This document shows, one piece after another, positions 13,584 to 27,589 of a DNA stretch of 64,000 nt. Under the pieces are notes generated by a model. It was not told the DNA's origin and searched no databases. It worked only from the letters and a program-made list of their open reading frames with translations. Both the position numbers and the translations under genes were made by a program. Each line of letters starts with the position of its first letter. Position 1 is the stretch's first letter. Source of the stretch: Octopus vulgaris (taxonomy: Eukaryota). Location: NCBI GenBank assembly GCA_951406725.2, contig OX597818.1, forward strand, positions 119,288,001-119,352,000. Reading direction: 5' to 3'.

Positions 13584-13791
13584 CATTCTCATTTTCTCTC
13601 ACTCTCTATCCCCCTCTTTCTCTTTCCCTTGAGAATAAAGGATAGTGAGCAGAGATGAGTAATGCAGACATGAGACTGGTGTAAGGAGAGACAAGCGGGC
13701 TGAGAGGGTTACACTTTGCTAATTTGTATCCTATGTTTTGTTTTCTTATAAAATCAGTGTGAGACGTTATAAACAGTAGCTGCAACACATC

Positions 13792-14024
13792 GTGACGTAT
13801 ATTTGCCATTTAAATACGGCTAACCCCTAAGGGTGGGTGCTACTGTAGTTTGTAGCCCCAGGAGGACACCTCCTCCAGCTGGCTTTAGACACATTTTGCA
13901 AATACTAATAGGGCACAGAAAGTGTGTCTAAAGCCAGCATGAGGAGGTATCCTCTTGGGGCTACAAACTACAGTAGCATCCACCCTTAGGGGTTAGCCAT
14001 ATTTAAATGGCAAATATACGTCAC
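13792..14024. mobile_element. Palindromic MITE with about 105-bp arms
   Basis: GTGACGTATATTTGCCATTTAAATA...GACACA and TGTGTC...TATTTAAATGGCAAATATACGTCAC are near-perfect inverted arms around a short spacer. Confidence 0.85.
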
Positions 14025-14205
14025 AGTGTGAGACTGAGCTAGACAAAAACAAAAAATATAAGAGAGAGGGAGAAATGTAGAGAAATATAAGGAGAGAGAT
14101 AGAAGAAAGGAGTTAATAAATGAATAAGTGGAAATAAAAGAAAGAGAAGACAGAGATTGTGGCAAAAAAGGAGCGAAAAGAAGAGGGGAAAAAGACTACT
14201 CATTG

Positions 14206-14426
14206 CTCTCTTTTACTCTTTTACTTGTTTCAGTCATTTGACTGCAGCCATGCTAGAGCACCGACTTTTGTCGAGCAAAGCGACCCCAGGACTTATTCTT
14301 TGTAAGCCTAGTACTTATTCTATCGGTCATTTTTGCCGAACAGCTAAGTTACGGGGACGTACACACACCAGCATCCGTTGTCAAGCGATGTTGGGGAACA
14401 CAGACGCACAAACATATACACACACA

Positions 14427-14491
<65 letters not shown>

Positions 14492-14511
14492 ATTTATGTA
14501 TATGTATACAC

Positions 14512-14572
<61 letters not shown>

Positions 14573-14647
14573 CATATATACGACGGTCTTCTTTCAGTTT
14601 CCTTCTACCAAACTTTGGACGACTCGCGGATTCCACGCAGTGGGACT
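14206..14647 (-). mobile_element. SINE family A with deleted head
   Basis: Tail and body match the family; expanded internal TA/TG tract. Confidence 0.85.
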
Positions 14648-15406
14648 AGTCGCAGTTATTTTGCTGAGAGGGAGAGACTAAGAAAAAAGTAGGAATAAAG
14701 GAAGAACGAAAGGGAAAAATATTTGGATAAAGTTGTTCATAAAAAAAAAAGAGAATGAAATAACGAATGAAAGACAGCATATAAAGAAAGAGTAGGAGAA
14801 GAAATGAAGAAAAAAATCAAAATTTATGAGAAACATTGAATGAATGAAGATAATAGGAAAACAAAAAAAACAACTAAACGCAGAATAAAAATACAGAGGA
14901 TAATAATACAAATATGTATCGTGGGTGCAACAGTAAAATCATTTCTATAAATACACACACAGACACAGAGAAAAGCACACACGCAAGCAGATATGCACAT
15001 CCAAACACACACGCACACAAACACATATACACACATACACACATACACGCACGCACGCATACACACACGCACGTGAACACACACACACACACACACACGG
15101 ACTACACATAAAAACACATTTAGAGCGGAATTGCTTGGAATCTTATTGTATCTTTGTATTAAATAGAACGAAAGAGAGAGAGATAGAGAGAGAGAGAGAT
15201 AGAGAGATAAACGTAGTGTGTGTGGGGAAAAGAAAAAAGCGAGAGAATGAGTAAAAGGGGGGGCGTGTGCACCAGCATGGGCGTGCATCTACACATATGC
15301 ATGTGTGTGCATGGCGTGTGGGTGTGTGTATGTGTGCATGTGTGTGCGTGTGTGTGCGTGTGTGTGCGTGTGTGTGCGTGTGTGTGCGCACACACACACA
15401 CAAACG

Positions 15407-15450
<44 letters not shown>

Positions 15451-15452
<2 letters not shown>

Positions 15453-15679
15453 CTCTTTTACTTGTTTCACTCATTTGACTGCGGCTATGCTGGAGCACCG
15501 CCTTTAGTCCACCAAATGGACACCCCAGGACTTATACTTTGTAAGCCTACTTCTTATCTTATCGCGGTTTTTTGCCGAACCGCTAAGTTACGGGGACGTA
15601 AACACAACAGCATCTGTTGTCACGCGATGTTGGTTGGGTGCAAACACAGGCATACAAACACATACACACACATACGTAT

Positions 15680-15680
<1 letters not shown>
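15451..15680 (-). mobile_element. SINE family A, 3' half
   Basis: Family tail and body. Confidence 0.8.
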
Positions 15681-15731
<51 letters not shown>

Positions 15732-16023
15732 GTATGCAAGCACGCATGCATGGACTAAAATATACCCTTACATACACACGCGCGCGCACACACGCACACA
15801 GAGTTCTATGTCTGTGTTTTAGGCATATGTTCTATGCACACATTCAAACAAGTGTGCATAAATTTGTCCATATGGAAAGCATTTCTTTAAATCATAAAAT
15901 ATTGGAGAATCATAACATATACTTCATACGCTGACGTAGATGCGCACACAAAACATTCACAGATTCATATATTCAGACACACACACAAACACACACATAT
16001 ATACGCACACACACACACACACA

Positions 16024-16085
<62 letters not shown>

Positions 16086-16168
16086 GGTCCCGGGTTGATT
16101 CGGGGTTAACCACAGTAAATAAGGTACTCAATACATAGCAGAGTAAAATTAATTTATTATATAGAAGG

Positions 16169-16219
16169 AGCTTCTACAGGACTAGAACTGTTTCATTCAA
16201 GAGAAATCTTCAGGAAGCT
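16169..16219 (-). ncRNA. Type I hammerhead ribozyme (mirror copy)
   Basis: Exact reverse complement of 16216-16266. Confidence 0.85.
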
Positions 16220-16266
16220 TCCTGAAGATTTCTCTTGAATGAAACAGTTCTAGTCCTGTAGAAGCT
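16216..16266 (+). ncRNA. Type I hammerhead ribozyme
   Basis: AGCTTC-CTGAAGA-tTTC tctt GAAt-GAA-ACAG ttctagtc CTGT-A-GAAGCT; GUA cleavage predicted after 16260. Confidence 0.85.
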
Positions 16267-16277
16267 CCTTCTATATA

Positions 16278-16308
<31 letters not shown>

Positions 16309-16379
16309 GTTGAAATTGATAGAAAAAGAAAAGATTAAGACAGGTGTATGAACAACAAACAGGTGTATTAGTTTAACAA

Positions 16380-16800
16380 GTGGTAAGTAGCTTGCTTACT
16401 AACCACATGGTTCAGGTTTCAGTCCCACTGCATGGCACCTTGGGCAAGTGTTTCTTACTATAGCCTCGGGCCGACTAAAGCCTTGTTAGTGGATTTGGTA
16501 GACGGAAACTGAAAGAAGCCCTTCGTATATATGTATATATATAGATATGTATGCATGTGTATATGTTTGTATGTCCGTGTTTGCACCCCCCCCCCCCACC
16601 AAACTTTGTTTGACAACCGTTGCTGGTGTGTTTATGTCCCTGTAATTTGGCCGTTCGGCAAAAGATACCGATAGAGTAAGTATTAGGCTTACTTAATGAG
16701 AATAAGTCCTGGGGTCGAGTTGCTCCACAAAAGGCACTGCTCCAGCATGGCCGCAGTCAAATGACTGAAAAAGTAAAATTACAAAAGAAAGTAAAAGAAT
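16380..16800 (+). mobile_element. SINE family A
   Basis: Near full length; first bases of the head missing. Confidence 0.88.
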
Positions 16801-16977
16801 ATACGCTCACACACTACTCACGCGCGCACGCACACATTAAATTGCAAATTAAGATATGCACAAGTAATGTAAACTTTATCGAGTACACATAATATATGCG
16901 CTCTGTTTATTCGCCGTATTTGCTGCGGCGTAACGCTAAGAGTAAACTCCCTAATAACGCTGGGTGTTAAAATACCT

Positions 16978-17207
16978 ATTTCTTTATTATCCACAAGGGG
17001 CTAAACATAGAGGAGACAAACATGGACAGACATAGGTATTAAGTCGATTATATCGACCCCAGTGCTTAACTGGTACTTAATTTATCGACCCCGAAAGGAT
17101 GAAAGGCAAAGTCGACCTCGGCGGAATTTGAACTCACAACGTAACGGCAGCCGAAATACCGCTAAGCATTTCGCCCGACGTGCTAACGATTCTGCTAGCT
17201 CGCCGCC
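16978..17207 (-). mobile_element. SINE family B, full length
   Basis: Head GGCGGCGAGCTAGCAGAATCGTTAGCAC; flanking direct repeat TTAAAATACCT at 16967-16977 and 17209-17219. Confidence 0.92.
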
Positions 17208-17775
17208 TTTAAAATACCTTAAAGTCTTAGATCAGGCGAGACTACTCGCCTTGGATCGAACCAGGAGTGGTGGATATCGATATTTCACTATTATTGTGGC
17301 TTATGTACGTCACTTATTTAGATCGAAACGAAGACGAACCGAGTGCCTGGTCTATGAATATATACAATTAGTGTAAGGGCTGTTTGGTAATGTAAGAGTA
17401 AATGAAATTACGAATTGAACGCAGTAATATTTATGTATGCGTATGTGTGTGTGCGCGCAAGTGTGTGTGCGTGCGCGCGCATGGATAAATGTATTTGTAT
17501 GTTTGTGTGCGTGTGTTTGCGCGCGTGAGTCAAATGTATTTCTGTGTGTGTGTGTTTGTGTGTTTGTGTGTGCGTTGGCAAAACGATGCAAGACAAGTAA
17601 GTGGGTGTTGATTGATTTGTGTTCGATCAGTGTCTTACCGTTTTACAGAATATGGAGCTTACTTAATTTAACGCTATTCACTTTCTTGCTGTTATCGTAA
17701 GTAATGCTAATCATCCTTGGAGTTGACGGGTCAAACGGAAAACTAGAAGGCACTATTTGGGGTAGAATGGAATTC

Positions 17776-18190
17776 GGATCTCTTCGGTGTGAACGGTAGT
17801 TTTTAACATAATTTCTAGGTAACTAAAAAATTTTAAACTTCGTATACTGGTAGAATGTGCTTATAAAATATCTTTTTCTCTTTACTTTATTGAGAAAATT
17901 CTATAGTTTTTAAGATATTTGTTGTTGTTTTTCTTCAATTTCTGCAATTTCAACCAATCAAATACGTCTATTGAGTTTAAAAGTATTCTGTGTCGTATGA
18001 ATATGTCCCTCGTTTAAGAAACAGATTGGGTTTATTTACATTTGTGAAGAAAAAAAGATACCCTTCCCCCACCCCTAATCCTAACCCTAAAAGAGATTGA
18101 AATGCAATAGATCAATTCTAGGGTCATAATTATGGGTGACAATTTCATATGACACCGCTAGAAAAACTGCCGTTCAAACCGAAAAGATCC
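17776..18190. mobile_element. Non-autonomous DNA transposon with 8-bp TSD (Merlin-like)
   Basis: About 29-bp TIR GGATCTYTTCGGTKTGAACGGYAGTTTTT; exact TSD TGGAATTC (17768-17775 and 18191-18198); internal CCCTAA-like repeats; superfamily is inferred. Confidence 0.88.
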
Positions 18191-18410
18191 TGGAATTCTT
18201 TCACTCACATTCTCTCTTTCTATTTCTGTTTCTGGCTCTCTCTCTTTCTCACTCTCCTTCTCTCTCCCACTCTCTATCGTTCTATGTTTCTTTATCTCTC
18301 TGTCACTCGCTCGTTATATGAATGTCTCCTCCTTTCTGGTCTCCTCTTTTTTTTTATATGTACGTGTGTGTACGGATGTCTCTTAGAATAGTACCATATT
18401 CAGCATTATT

Positions 18411-18770
18411 TTGGGGTAGGGGACCAGTCGATTAGATCGACCCCAGTACGCAAGTGGTAATTAAATTATTGACCTAAAGAGGAGGAACTACAAAGTCGAC
18501 ATCGGCGGGATTTGAACTTAGAACGTAAAGACAGACAAAATACCTATTTCTTTACTTTACTACCCACAAGGGGCTAAACATACAGAGGACAAACAAGGAC
18601 AGACAAACGGATTACGTCGATTATATCGACCTCAGTGCGTAACTGGTACTTATTTAATCGACCCCGAAAGGATGAAAGGCAAAGTCAACCTCGGCGGAAT
18701 TTGGACTCAGAACGTAGCGGCAGACGAAATACCGCTAAGCATTTAGCCCGGCATGCTAACGTTTCTAATT
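18411..18770 (-). mobile_element. SINE family B, two joined copies
   Basis: Junction AAATACCTATTTC near 18538. Confidence 0.85.
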
Positions 18771-18795
18771 TCTTTACTGTCCAGTCCACAAGGGG

Positions 18796-18869
<74 letters not shown>

Positions 18870-18999
18870 TTGTGTATATGCATATATATATGTGCAATAT
18901 GGATATATAATGTACACATATAAATATGTGCGTGAGTTCGTGTGTGTGTGAGATGTGTGTGTGTGTGTGTGTGTGTATGTTTATATACGAGGTGGCTGA

Positions 19000-19420
19000 A
19001 ATGTAAAGCTTTGATAATAATAAGAAAATGTTAAAAACAGTTTACAAGAAAGTATTTAAGAAAGTAATCAGAATGGGACTCGAAAAATGATAGTTCAATA
19101 AAAATCATATTTTGTTTCGTAGTATATATATATACACAGAAGAAGATATATTTAAGAATTTATAAAAATTGTAGAAGAATAACTGACCTTTCTGACATTT
19201 TTCTTTTGTGTAGCTAAGGAATGCTTGCTATCTTAAGGGACAGTGTGGGAGCAAAATAATGTATTTCTGTTTTTTAATACTTTTGTGATAACCAGTACTT
19301 AACACAACAAAGCTTATACAAAGCCTTGGATTTTACTTTCGACAATCTTTTTCTAAAAAAGGGAAACCGGTCAAGTGAATAAATATATTTAAAATTGCAT
19401 TTTCAAACCTTCTTTTATAT
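19000..19420. mobile_element. Rearranged copy of the arms of the 28.6-30.2 kb foldback element
   Basis: 19007-19240 matches 28736-28935; 19260-19415 matches 30092-30240. Confidence 0.8.
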
Positions 19421-19458
19421 ATATTTCCACTCGTGCGGTACCTTACAACTTTACTTCG

Positions 19459-19586
<128 letters not shown>

Positions 19587-19591
19587 CAGAG

Positions 19592-19623
<32 letters not shown>

Positions 19624-19642
19624 TTGTATATATATATATATT

Positions 19643-19674
<32 letters not shown>

Positions 19675-20168
19675 CGTGTGTATGTATGTATGTATGTATG
19701 TATATGTATATATCGTTTTAAGAGATAGACGTACATCTTAAGCGAGAGAGCGTGTTTGTGAAATATTCAAAGCTCTTTGATGTTAGATACGCTTGATTAG
19801 TGCTAGCATGGGAATAACCAACACCAAAAACAAACATGCCTTCATTCGAAGTCTAATAGAGAACGACGTTCTTGCATTACTTCGAAATGTACTTGAGAAA
19901 CATACCCATACAGGTATATAAACACAGAGTTGAAATCATACCCATGCACGTATGAACGACACGTTTAGACGAAATCACATGGGCGATAGACAATCATTTC
20001 CTTCTTAAATTAAATTACTCAATTCATTAATAACTGTATTACTAATTAAATTGCAAGTGTACTTTTCGGGTAAGTCTGAAGGAAAATTGGTGTAATAGTG
20101 TGTGCGACTGTATAGATATATACATACATTTCTATCTATCTATCTATCTATATATCTATCTATCTATT

Positions 20169-20204
<36 letters not shown>

Positions 20205-20208
<4 letters not shown>

Positions 20209-20400
20209 CGCGTGTGTACCGTTGGCGATTTTTTCCTACGTCTTCCCTTCTCTGGATCTTTCCTTTTCCTATGTTTCTGACGAAGAGCTTTGCTCAAAAC
20301 GTTAAACCCTCCTTCTTTCCTGAGCGTCCAATAATACTATACTTGTTCCACCTCCCCGCGTTGTTGTGTTTTTTCTTTGTGTTTTCATGTGTGGATTAAC
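20205..20400 (+). mobile_element. Hammerhead-bearing short element between (TA)n tracts
   Basis: Contains GTTT-CTGACGA-A-GAGC ttt GCTC-aAAAC-GTT-AAAC (20273-20307); its 3' part is the reverse complement of 26774-26890. Confidence 0.7.
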
Positions 20401-20407
20401 TTTATAC

Positions 20408-20442
<35 letters not shown>

Positions 20443-20489
20443 TTTATTTCTGTATTTATCTACCTATACATATATATCTATCTTTTTAA

Positions 20490-20632
20490 CAGCAATTTTA
20501 GCAAAACATAATGAGCAATACTATTAATACATCAAAAACCATAAAAATAAATAAACTGTTTACAGTTATATAGATATTTCAAAATTATAATGACATGATG
20601 CTAGGTGTTTCCATCATTTTGTCCAACCGCTG
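20490..20632 (-). mobile_element. Tc1-like transposon terminal fragment
   Basis: TA-CAGCGGTTGGACAAAATGATGGAAACACC end typical of Tc1 TIRs; only one end seen. Confidence 0.5.
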
Positions 20633-22050
<1,418 letters not shown>

Positions 22051-22417
22051 GTAACATAGTGGTTCGGCACAACAGACTGATAGAATAAGTGCCAAGCTTA
22101 CAAAGAATAAGTTCAGGGGTCGATTTCTTCGACAAAAAAGGCGGTGCTCCGGCATGGTCGCAGTCAAACAACTGAAAGAGATAATTGGATAAAAGAATGC
22201 ATGCATACTGATATATATATATATACATGCACACACACAAATATGGGAATAGTTTTGCTACATATATATATATATACACACAAGTATATATATATATGTG
22301 TGTGTGTGCGTGTGTATGTGTGTATGTATGTATTGCATTCATTTACACAGCACTGCGAGTCGAATCTCTCTCTCTCTCTCCCTCCCTCTTCCCTTCTTTC
22401 CTACTGCATTGTAAATA

Positions 22418-22475
<58 letters not shown>

Positions 22476-22917
22476 GTATGTATGTATGAATGTATGTATG
22501 TATGTATGTATGTATGTATGTATGTATGTATATATCCGTGTATGTATGTATATATGCATGTATGTATATATGTTCGATTTTTGTAACTCCCTTTGGTGTC
22601 AATAGATAAGCGACCTCTGTTGGTCGATGAACTACGCGACCTTCTCGCTAAATTTCGGTAACTCAGTGTGAAAGGTTTATCTTCAAATTACAAGCATAAT
22701 CTATCCGATGTGCTTTAACAGTATCCGCTATTTCAATATTCACTCGATTTGAGCCAGCTCGTGGCTGCATTAAAGAGACTCCCCGTAGAGAGTCCGTGAA
22801 GCGGAATCGCATTAATATACACAGGACAGCGAGGCGAACTTCACTCTCTCTCACCTTCTCTTTCTATCTCCCTTACTCTTTCTCTCTCATTATATATATG
22901 TGTGTATATATTTTTAA

Positions 22918-22993
<76 letters not shown>

Positions 22994-23127
22994 ATGTATG
23001 TATTTATATATTGCATTCATGTATACAGTACAGCGAGTCGAATCTCTCTCTCTCCCACCCTCACTCTTCTCTTCTCTCCTACTGCGTTGTAAGTATATAT
23101 ATATGTATACTTACATATTTATATATC

Positions 23128-23214
<87 letters not shown>

Positions 23215-23250
23215 GTATATGTATATGAATATGTATATATATGTATGTAT

Positions 23251-23303
<53 letters not shown>

Positions 23304-23506
23304 ATTTACAAAATAGTTGTAAATTTAATAGTGTTCACTTCCGGATTCCCTCACTCTATGAAAGTTTCTAGTTCGAATCACATGTGTCTCGAGATGTACC
23401 GAAGATTTTCTATTTTGAATATATTTGGGGTACTTAGGTCTGCTCAGGACTTAGTGCTTCCTTTTTCCATGGGTATGAGTAAGTATTTCATTTATGTCTC
23501 ACGTAT

Positions 23507-23567
23507 TTATCGCTGAAGAGGGGAAAATTCTTATGAATTAACCCCGAAATTGGGACCAATACGGTAA
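23507..23567 (+). ncRNA. Type I hammerhead ribozyme
   Basis: TTATCG-CTGAAGA-GGGG aa AATTC ttat GAATT aa CCCC-GAA-ATTGG ga CCAAT-A-CGGTAA; all three stems pair; AUA site at 23561; inside a roughly 480-bp island between (TA)n tracts. Confidence 0.88.
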
Positions 23568-23797
23568 TAACGGATTTTTTACAAATTTCTACCGGTTTGT
23601 TTCGAGACGCATAAGTTATAATGGTTATTGGCAATTTTGTCTTTTTTACGGCATATTTGACATTAGAATTTTTCTTTTGCCCTTATTTTGTAAATTATTT
23701 ATACATTTAACCTTTAAAGGTATTTTTTGATATGCTGACCACTGATAGAATTTTTTTCTCGAAAAACATTTTATCCTACATTAGTTATATATATATA

Positions 23798-23955
<158 letters not shown>

Positions 23956-24252
23956 TGTGTGTATATGTGTGTATGTGTGTGTATATATATATGTATATAT
24001 ATATATGTATATATATATGTATATACATACATATAAGAGGGAATACCACAAGGTGGATATCCAATATGCTAAATGTAGAGCTCATATGGTCTGACCACTA
24101 AGAAATGCAATATAATTTTTCTGAATCTTCAACATTTTTTCAATATACTAGGCCACTGGTTTAAATTGATACTAATCAAATTAATATTAATCTTTTACAC
24201 TTATGATTTAAATTTATATATGTATGTATATGTACATAAATGTATATATGTA

Positions 24253-24610
24253 TGGAAGGCGCATGGCTCAGTGGTTAGAGCGTCGGTCTCACAATTATGA
24301 GGTAGTGGGTTCGTTTCCCGCTCTGGCCTGTGTGTTGTGCTTTTGAGCAAGACACTTTATTTCTCGCTGCTCCAGTTCACCCAGCTAATGAATTGCGATG
24401 TCATTGATGCCACAGCTGTGTCGGCCCCTGTCTTTCCCTCAGATAACATTAGTGGTGTGGAGAAGGGGGCATTTATGCTGCATGGGCAACAACTGGTCTT
24501 CCACAAACTTTGCGCGGACTGGTGTTTTGCAGAGGAACTTTCTAGGTACAACGCCTTGGACATTAATAACCGAAAGGGAGTCTTTACTCTCTATATTAAT
24601 AATAATAATA
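24253..24610 (+). mobile_element. tRNA-derived SINE, family D
   Basis: A box TGGCTCAGTGG, B box GGTTCGTTTCC, core TTGAGCAAGACACTTTAT, (TAA)n tail. Confidence 0.75.
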
Positions 24611-24699
24611 TGACAACAAAAGTATGAATGCGACCTCGATATTATGTAAATAGAGGGATTTATCTATAAACATAATATAGGACAAGCAGTCAGTTGTCA

Positions 24700-24762
24700 T
24701 AATAAAACTCAGAGTTTCGAGTGTCGGGGCTGAAGCCTGCTCCGGCATCTCATCAGTTATTA
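24700..24762 (-). ncRNA. Type I hammerhead ribozyme
   Basis: TAATAA-CTGATGA-long imperfect stem II-GAA-ACTC t GAGT-T-TTATTA; 6-bp stem I, GUU site. Confidence 0.8.
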
Positions 24763-24781
24763 ATATATAGCGTTTTTGTCT

Positions 24782-24829
24782 TAACTTATGAGATGCCGTA
24801 GCAGATGACATCCGAAACTCTGAGTTATA
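24782..24829 (+). ncRNA. Degenerate inverted partner hammerhead (core CUUAUGA)
   Basis: TAA-CTTATGA-GATGCCGTAGCAGATGACATCC-GAAAC-TCTGAGTT is homologous to 24700-24762; runs into (TA)n. Confidence 0.6.
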
Positions 24830-25867
24830 TATATATATAATGTGAGGTTGCGTGCCCTAGTGGAGAGTGTTGCACGTGCAACCGTGATTTCGAATATCAT
24901 ACCGGCTGCTGCGTTCCGTTCTTTGCTACTTTAATGATTTTAAACTTAGGAGAAAGACAGTTATTTTACACAAGGGGCTTTCATTAAAAGTTTTATTTGC
25001 TACCATAACAGCTTCTCTTAATTTATTCTGAATGCGCATGTCAAACTGGATAATTCTGCGAGCATAAATGAAATAATGAACTATCATTTCGGCGTTCGAT
25101 AAAAATGCGTTCTCCGCGAAAATGAAATACAGACAACTAAGTAGCTTTTCCACCAGTGTATGCCCACAAAAAGAGTATAGTTGGTGGCAGCAATAGGTGA
25201 ATTTTTATTATCAAATAAGTAGAATTTTCGTTTTTCGGTACCGTATATCTTTACTGCTTTAAGGGCCCAATAACAGGGACGTATTACATCGTTTTTTTTT
25301 TATGTAAATCATGGGCATATTCGATAACGTTACGACAGGTAACATCTTCCGTGTTAGAGACATAGAATTCTCAAATTTGAGAGCGAGAAGACAACGATCC
25401 CCGTTTCACAAGCCACAAGTATGTCATTGTAGCCATTGGACGTAAGTTTTTTTTTAATATTTGAACTGTCAAGAAGTATTGGGACACTTTGTAGTTGTGT
25501 CTGGCAGCAAAATATGTAAACTATTTACAGTTGAAACGTGGTTTGAAAACTTCTGGTGTTATAACTTTCCTCGGTCTTCCTCTATACATACATACCTACA
25601 TACATACACACACATACATACATACATACATACATACATACATACATACATACATACATACATACATACAAACATACATACATGAGTGCATGCATACACA
25701 CAGATTCATATATATGCATACACTCACATACATACATTCATGCATACATTATCAAAATAGCCGCCGAGTTACAACACAACCGGCCAAATACTCTTAAATC
25801 CTGTAAAACATCTTATCTCTTTCTCCGTCTCTCTCTCTATATATATATATGTGTGTGTGTGTGTATA

Positions 25868-26362
<495 letters not shown>

Positions 26363-26374
26363 CAAATAAAGACT

Positions 26375-26471
<97 letters not shown>

Positions 26472-26704
26472 TAAGAAAAATAAAAACCGAAAATACGCAC
26501 ACTTACATGGTTATAATATAATTTTTAATGTATCGACCGGTTTCGCAATCGCTATTCATGGTACAATGTTTAATTTATATGAGAATATTTTTTTTCTTAA
26601 GAAGAAAATGGCTCCATGTTGTTTATAATGAGATTCACGAGTGAATCATTAAAATTATACTATAACCATGTAAGTGTACGTATTTTCCGTTTTTATTTTT
26701 CTTA
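26472..26704. repeat. Foldback with about 58-bp inverted arms and a hammerhead remnant
   Basis: Arms 26472-26530 and 26647-26704; minus-strand GAAACCGGTC-GATACA at 26529-26544. Confidence 0.8.
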
Positions 26705-26773
26705 TATACATTACAATCCACCACGTGGGGACAACCGAAATTCCTTTTTTCTGTTACTATATATATATATATA

Positions 26774-26890
26774 GTTAATCCAAACAAGAAAGCACAAAAA
26801 AGCACAACAACGCGAGGACGTGGAACAAATATAGTATTATTGGACGCTCAGGAAAGAGGGAAAGCAAGAGGGTTTAACGTTTCGAGCGGA
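26774..26890 (-). mobile_element. Truncated copy of the 20205-20400 hammerhead element, in (TA)n
   Basis: Keeps GCTC-GAAACGTT-AAACC and the downstream sequence. Confidence 0.7.
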
Positions 26891-27137
26891 TATATATATA
26901 TATATATAAAGTAAAAAACACAACATACGGAAATCTTCAAAACATAACAAGCAGTAAAAGGACAATAGCACAACGATCATTCGCAGCCAATTGCTTCTTC
27001 AGTCGGAATCTGGAATCACGTACTTTCGCCCAATAATGAAAAAATAAATGCTATAGTTATCCACATTATACAGCTCAACCTATTAGCGTTCTAATGGAGC
27101 TTCAGGAACATAAAATTAACTACTCTTTGAATCCCTT

Positions 27138-27226
27138 AACTCTGATGAACGAAATATAGATAACTGCTAAGGCTGGAGTTAGCTCGCCCATATCAATCTA
27201 TATCTCCTCGAAACGGCCGTAAGATT
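27138..27226 (+). ncRNA. Type I hammerhead with long stem II
   Basis: CTGATGA 27142-27148; ATATAGAT/ATCTATAT helix; GAAAC-GGCC-GTA 27210-27221 (palindromic stem III); stem I weak. Confidence 0.7.
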
Positions 27227-27589
27227 GTGTACTTATTTAGGATTCGTCATGAATCATCTTATACTAACTTTCTTATCTACACTCCTCGTTTATTCCAATA
27301 CGGACATTCGGACATTACAAGTTCGCAAGTACATTTATGTATTTATATCTATGTGTTTATATATTTATGATTTTTTATGTTTGTAAATTTTTATATATTT
27401 ATGAACTTTTATATGTTTATAAATCTTCGTATGTATGTGTGTTTATAAATTATTATAAATTTTTATCATATCTCATATATGTTAACGCATCTATGTATAT
27501 TGTATATTGTGGATAATTTCGATAATTTGAAATGGATTGAATAAATATATATACTAATCTTTGATCATTGAAATTTGTTTCTCTCCTAC

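Larger units (their letters stand above)
16152..16283. repeat. Perfect 132-bp palindrome made of two back-to-back hammerheads
   Basis: 66-bp arms centred on AAG|CTT (16217/16218); the enclosing segment 16083-16283 lies between (TA)n tracts. Confidence 0.95.

Noticed and set aside
14022-14028. CACAGTG heptamer (RSS/Transib-like end) at the MITE edge
   Set aside because: The opposite end reads CATCGTG and there is no 5-bp TSD
24253-24325. tRNA genes at SINE heads (also 46012, 47640, 54515)
   Set aside because: A and B boxes are present but there is no closed acceptor stem, and each continues into a repeat body
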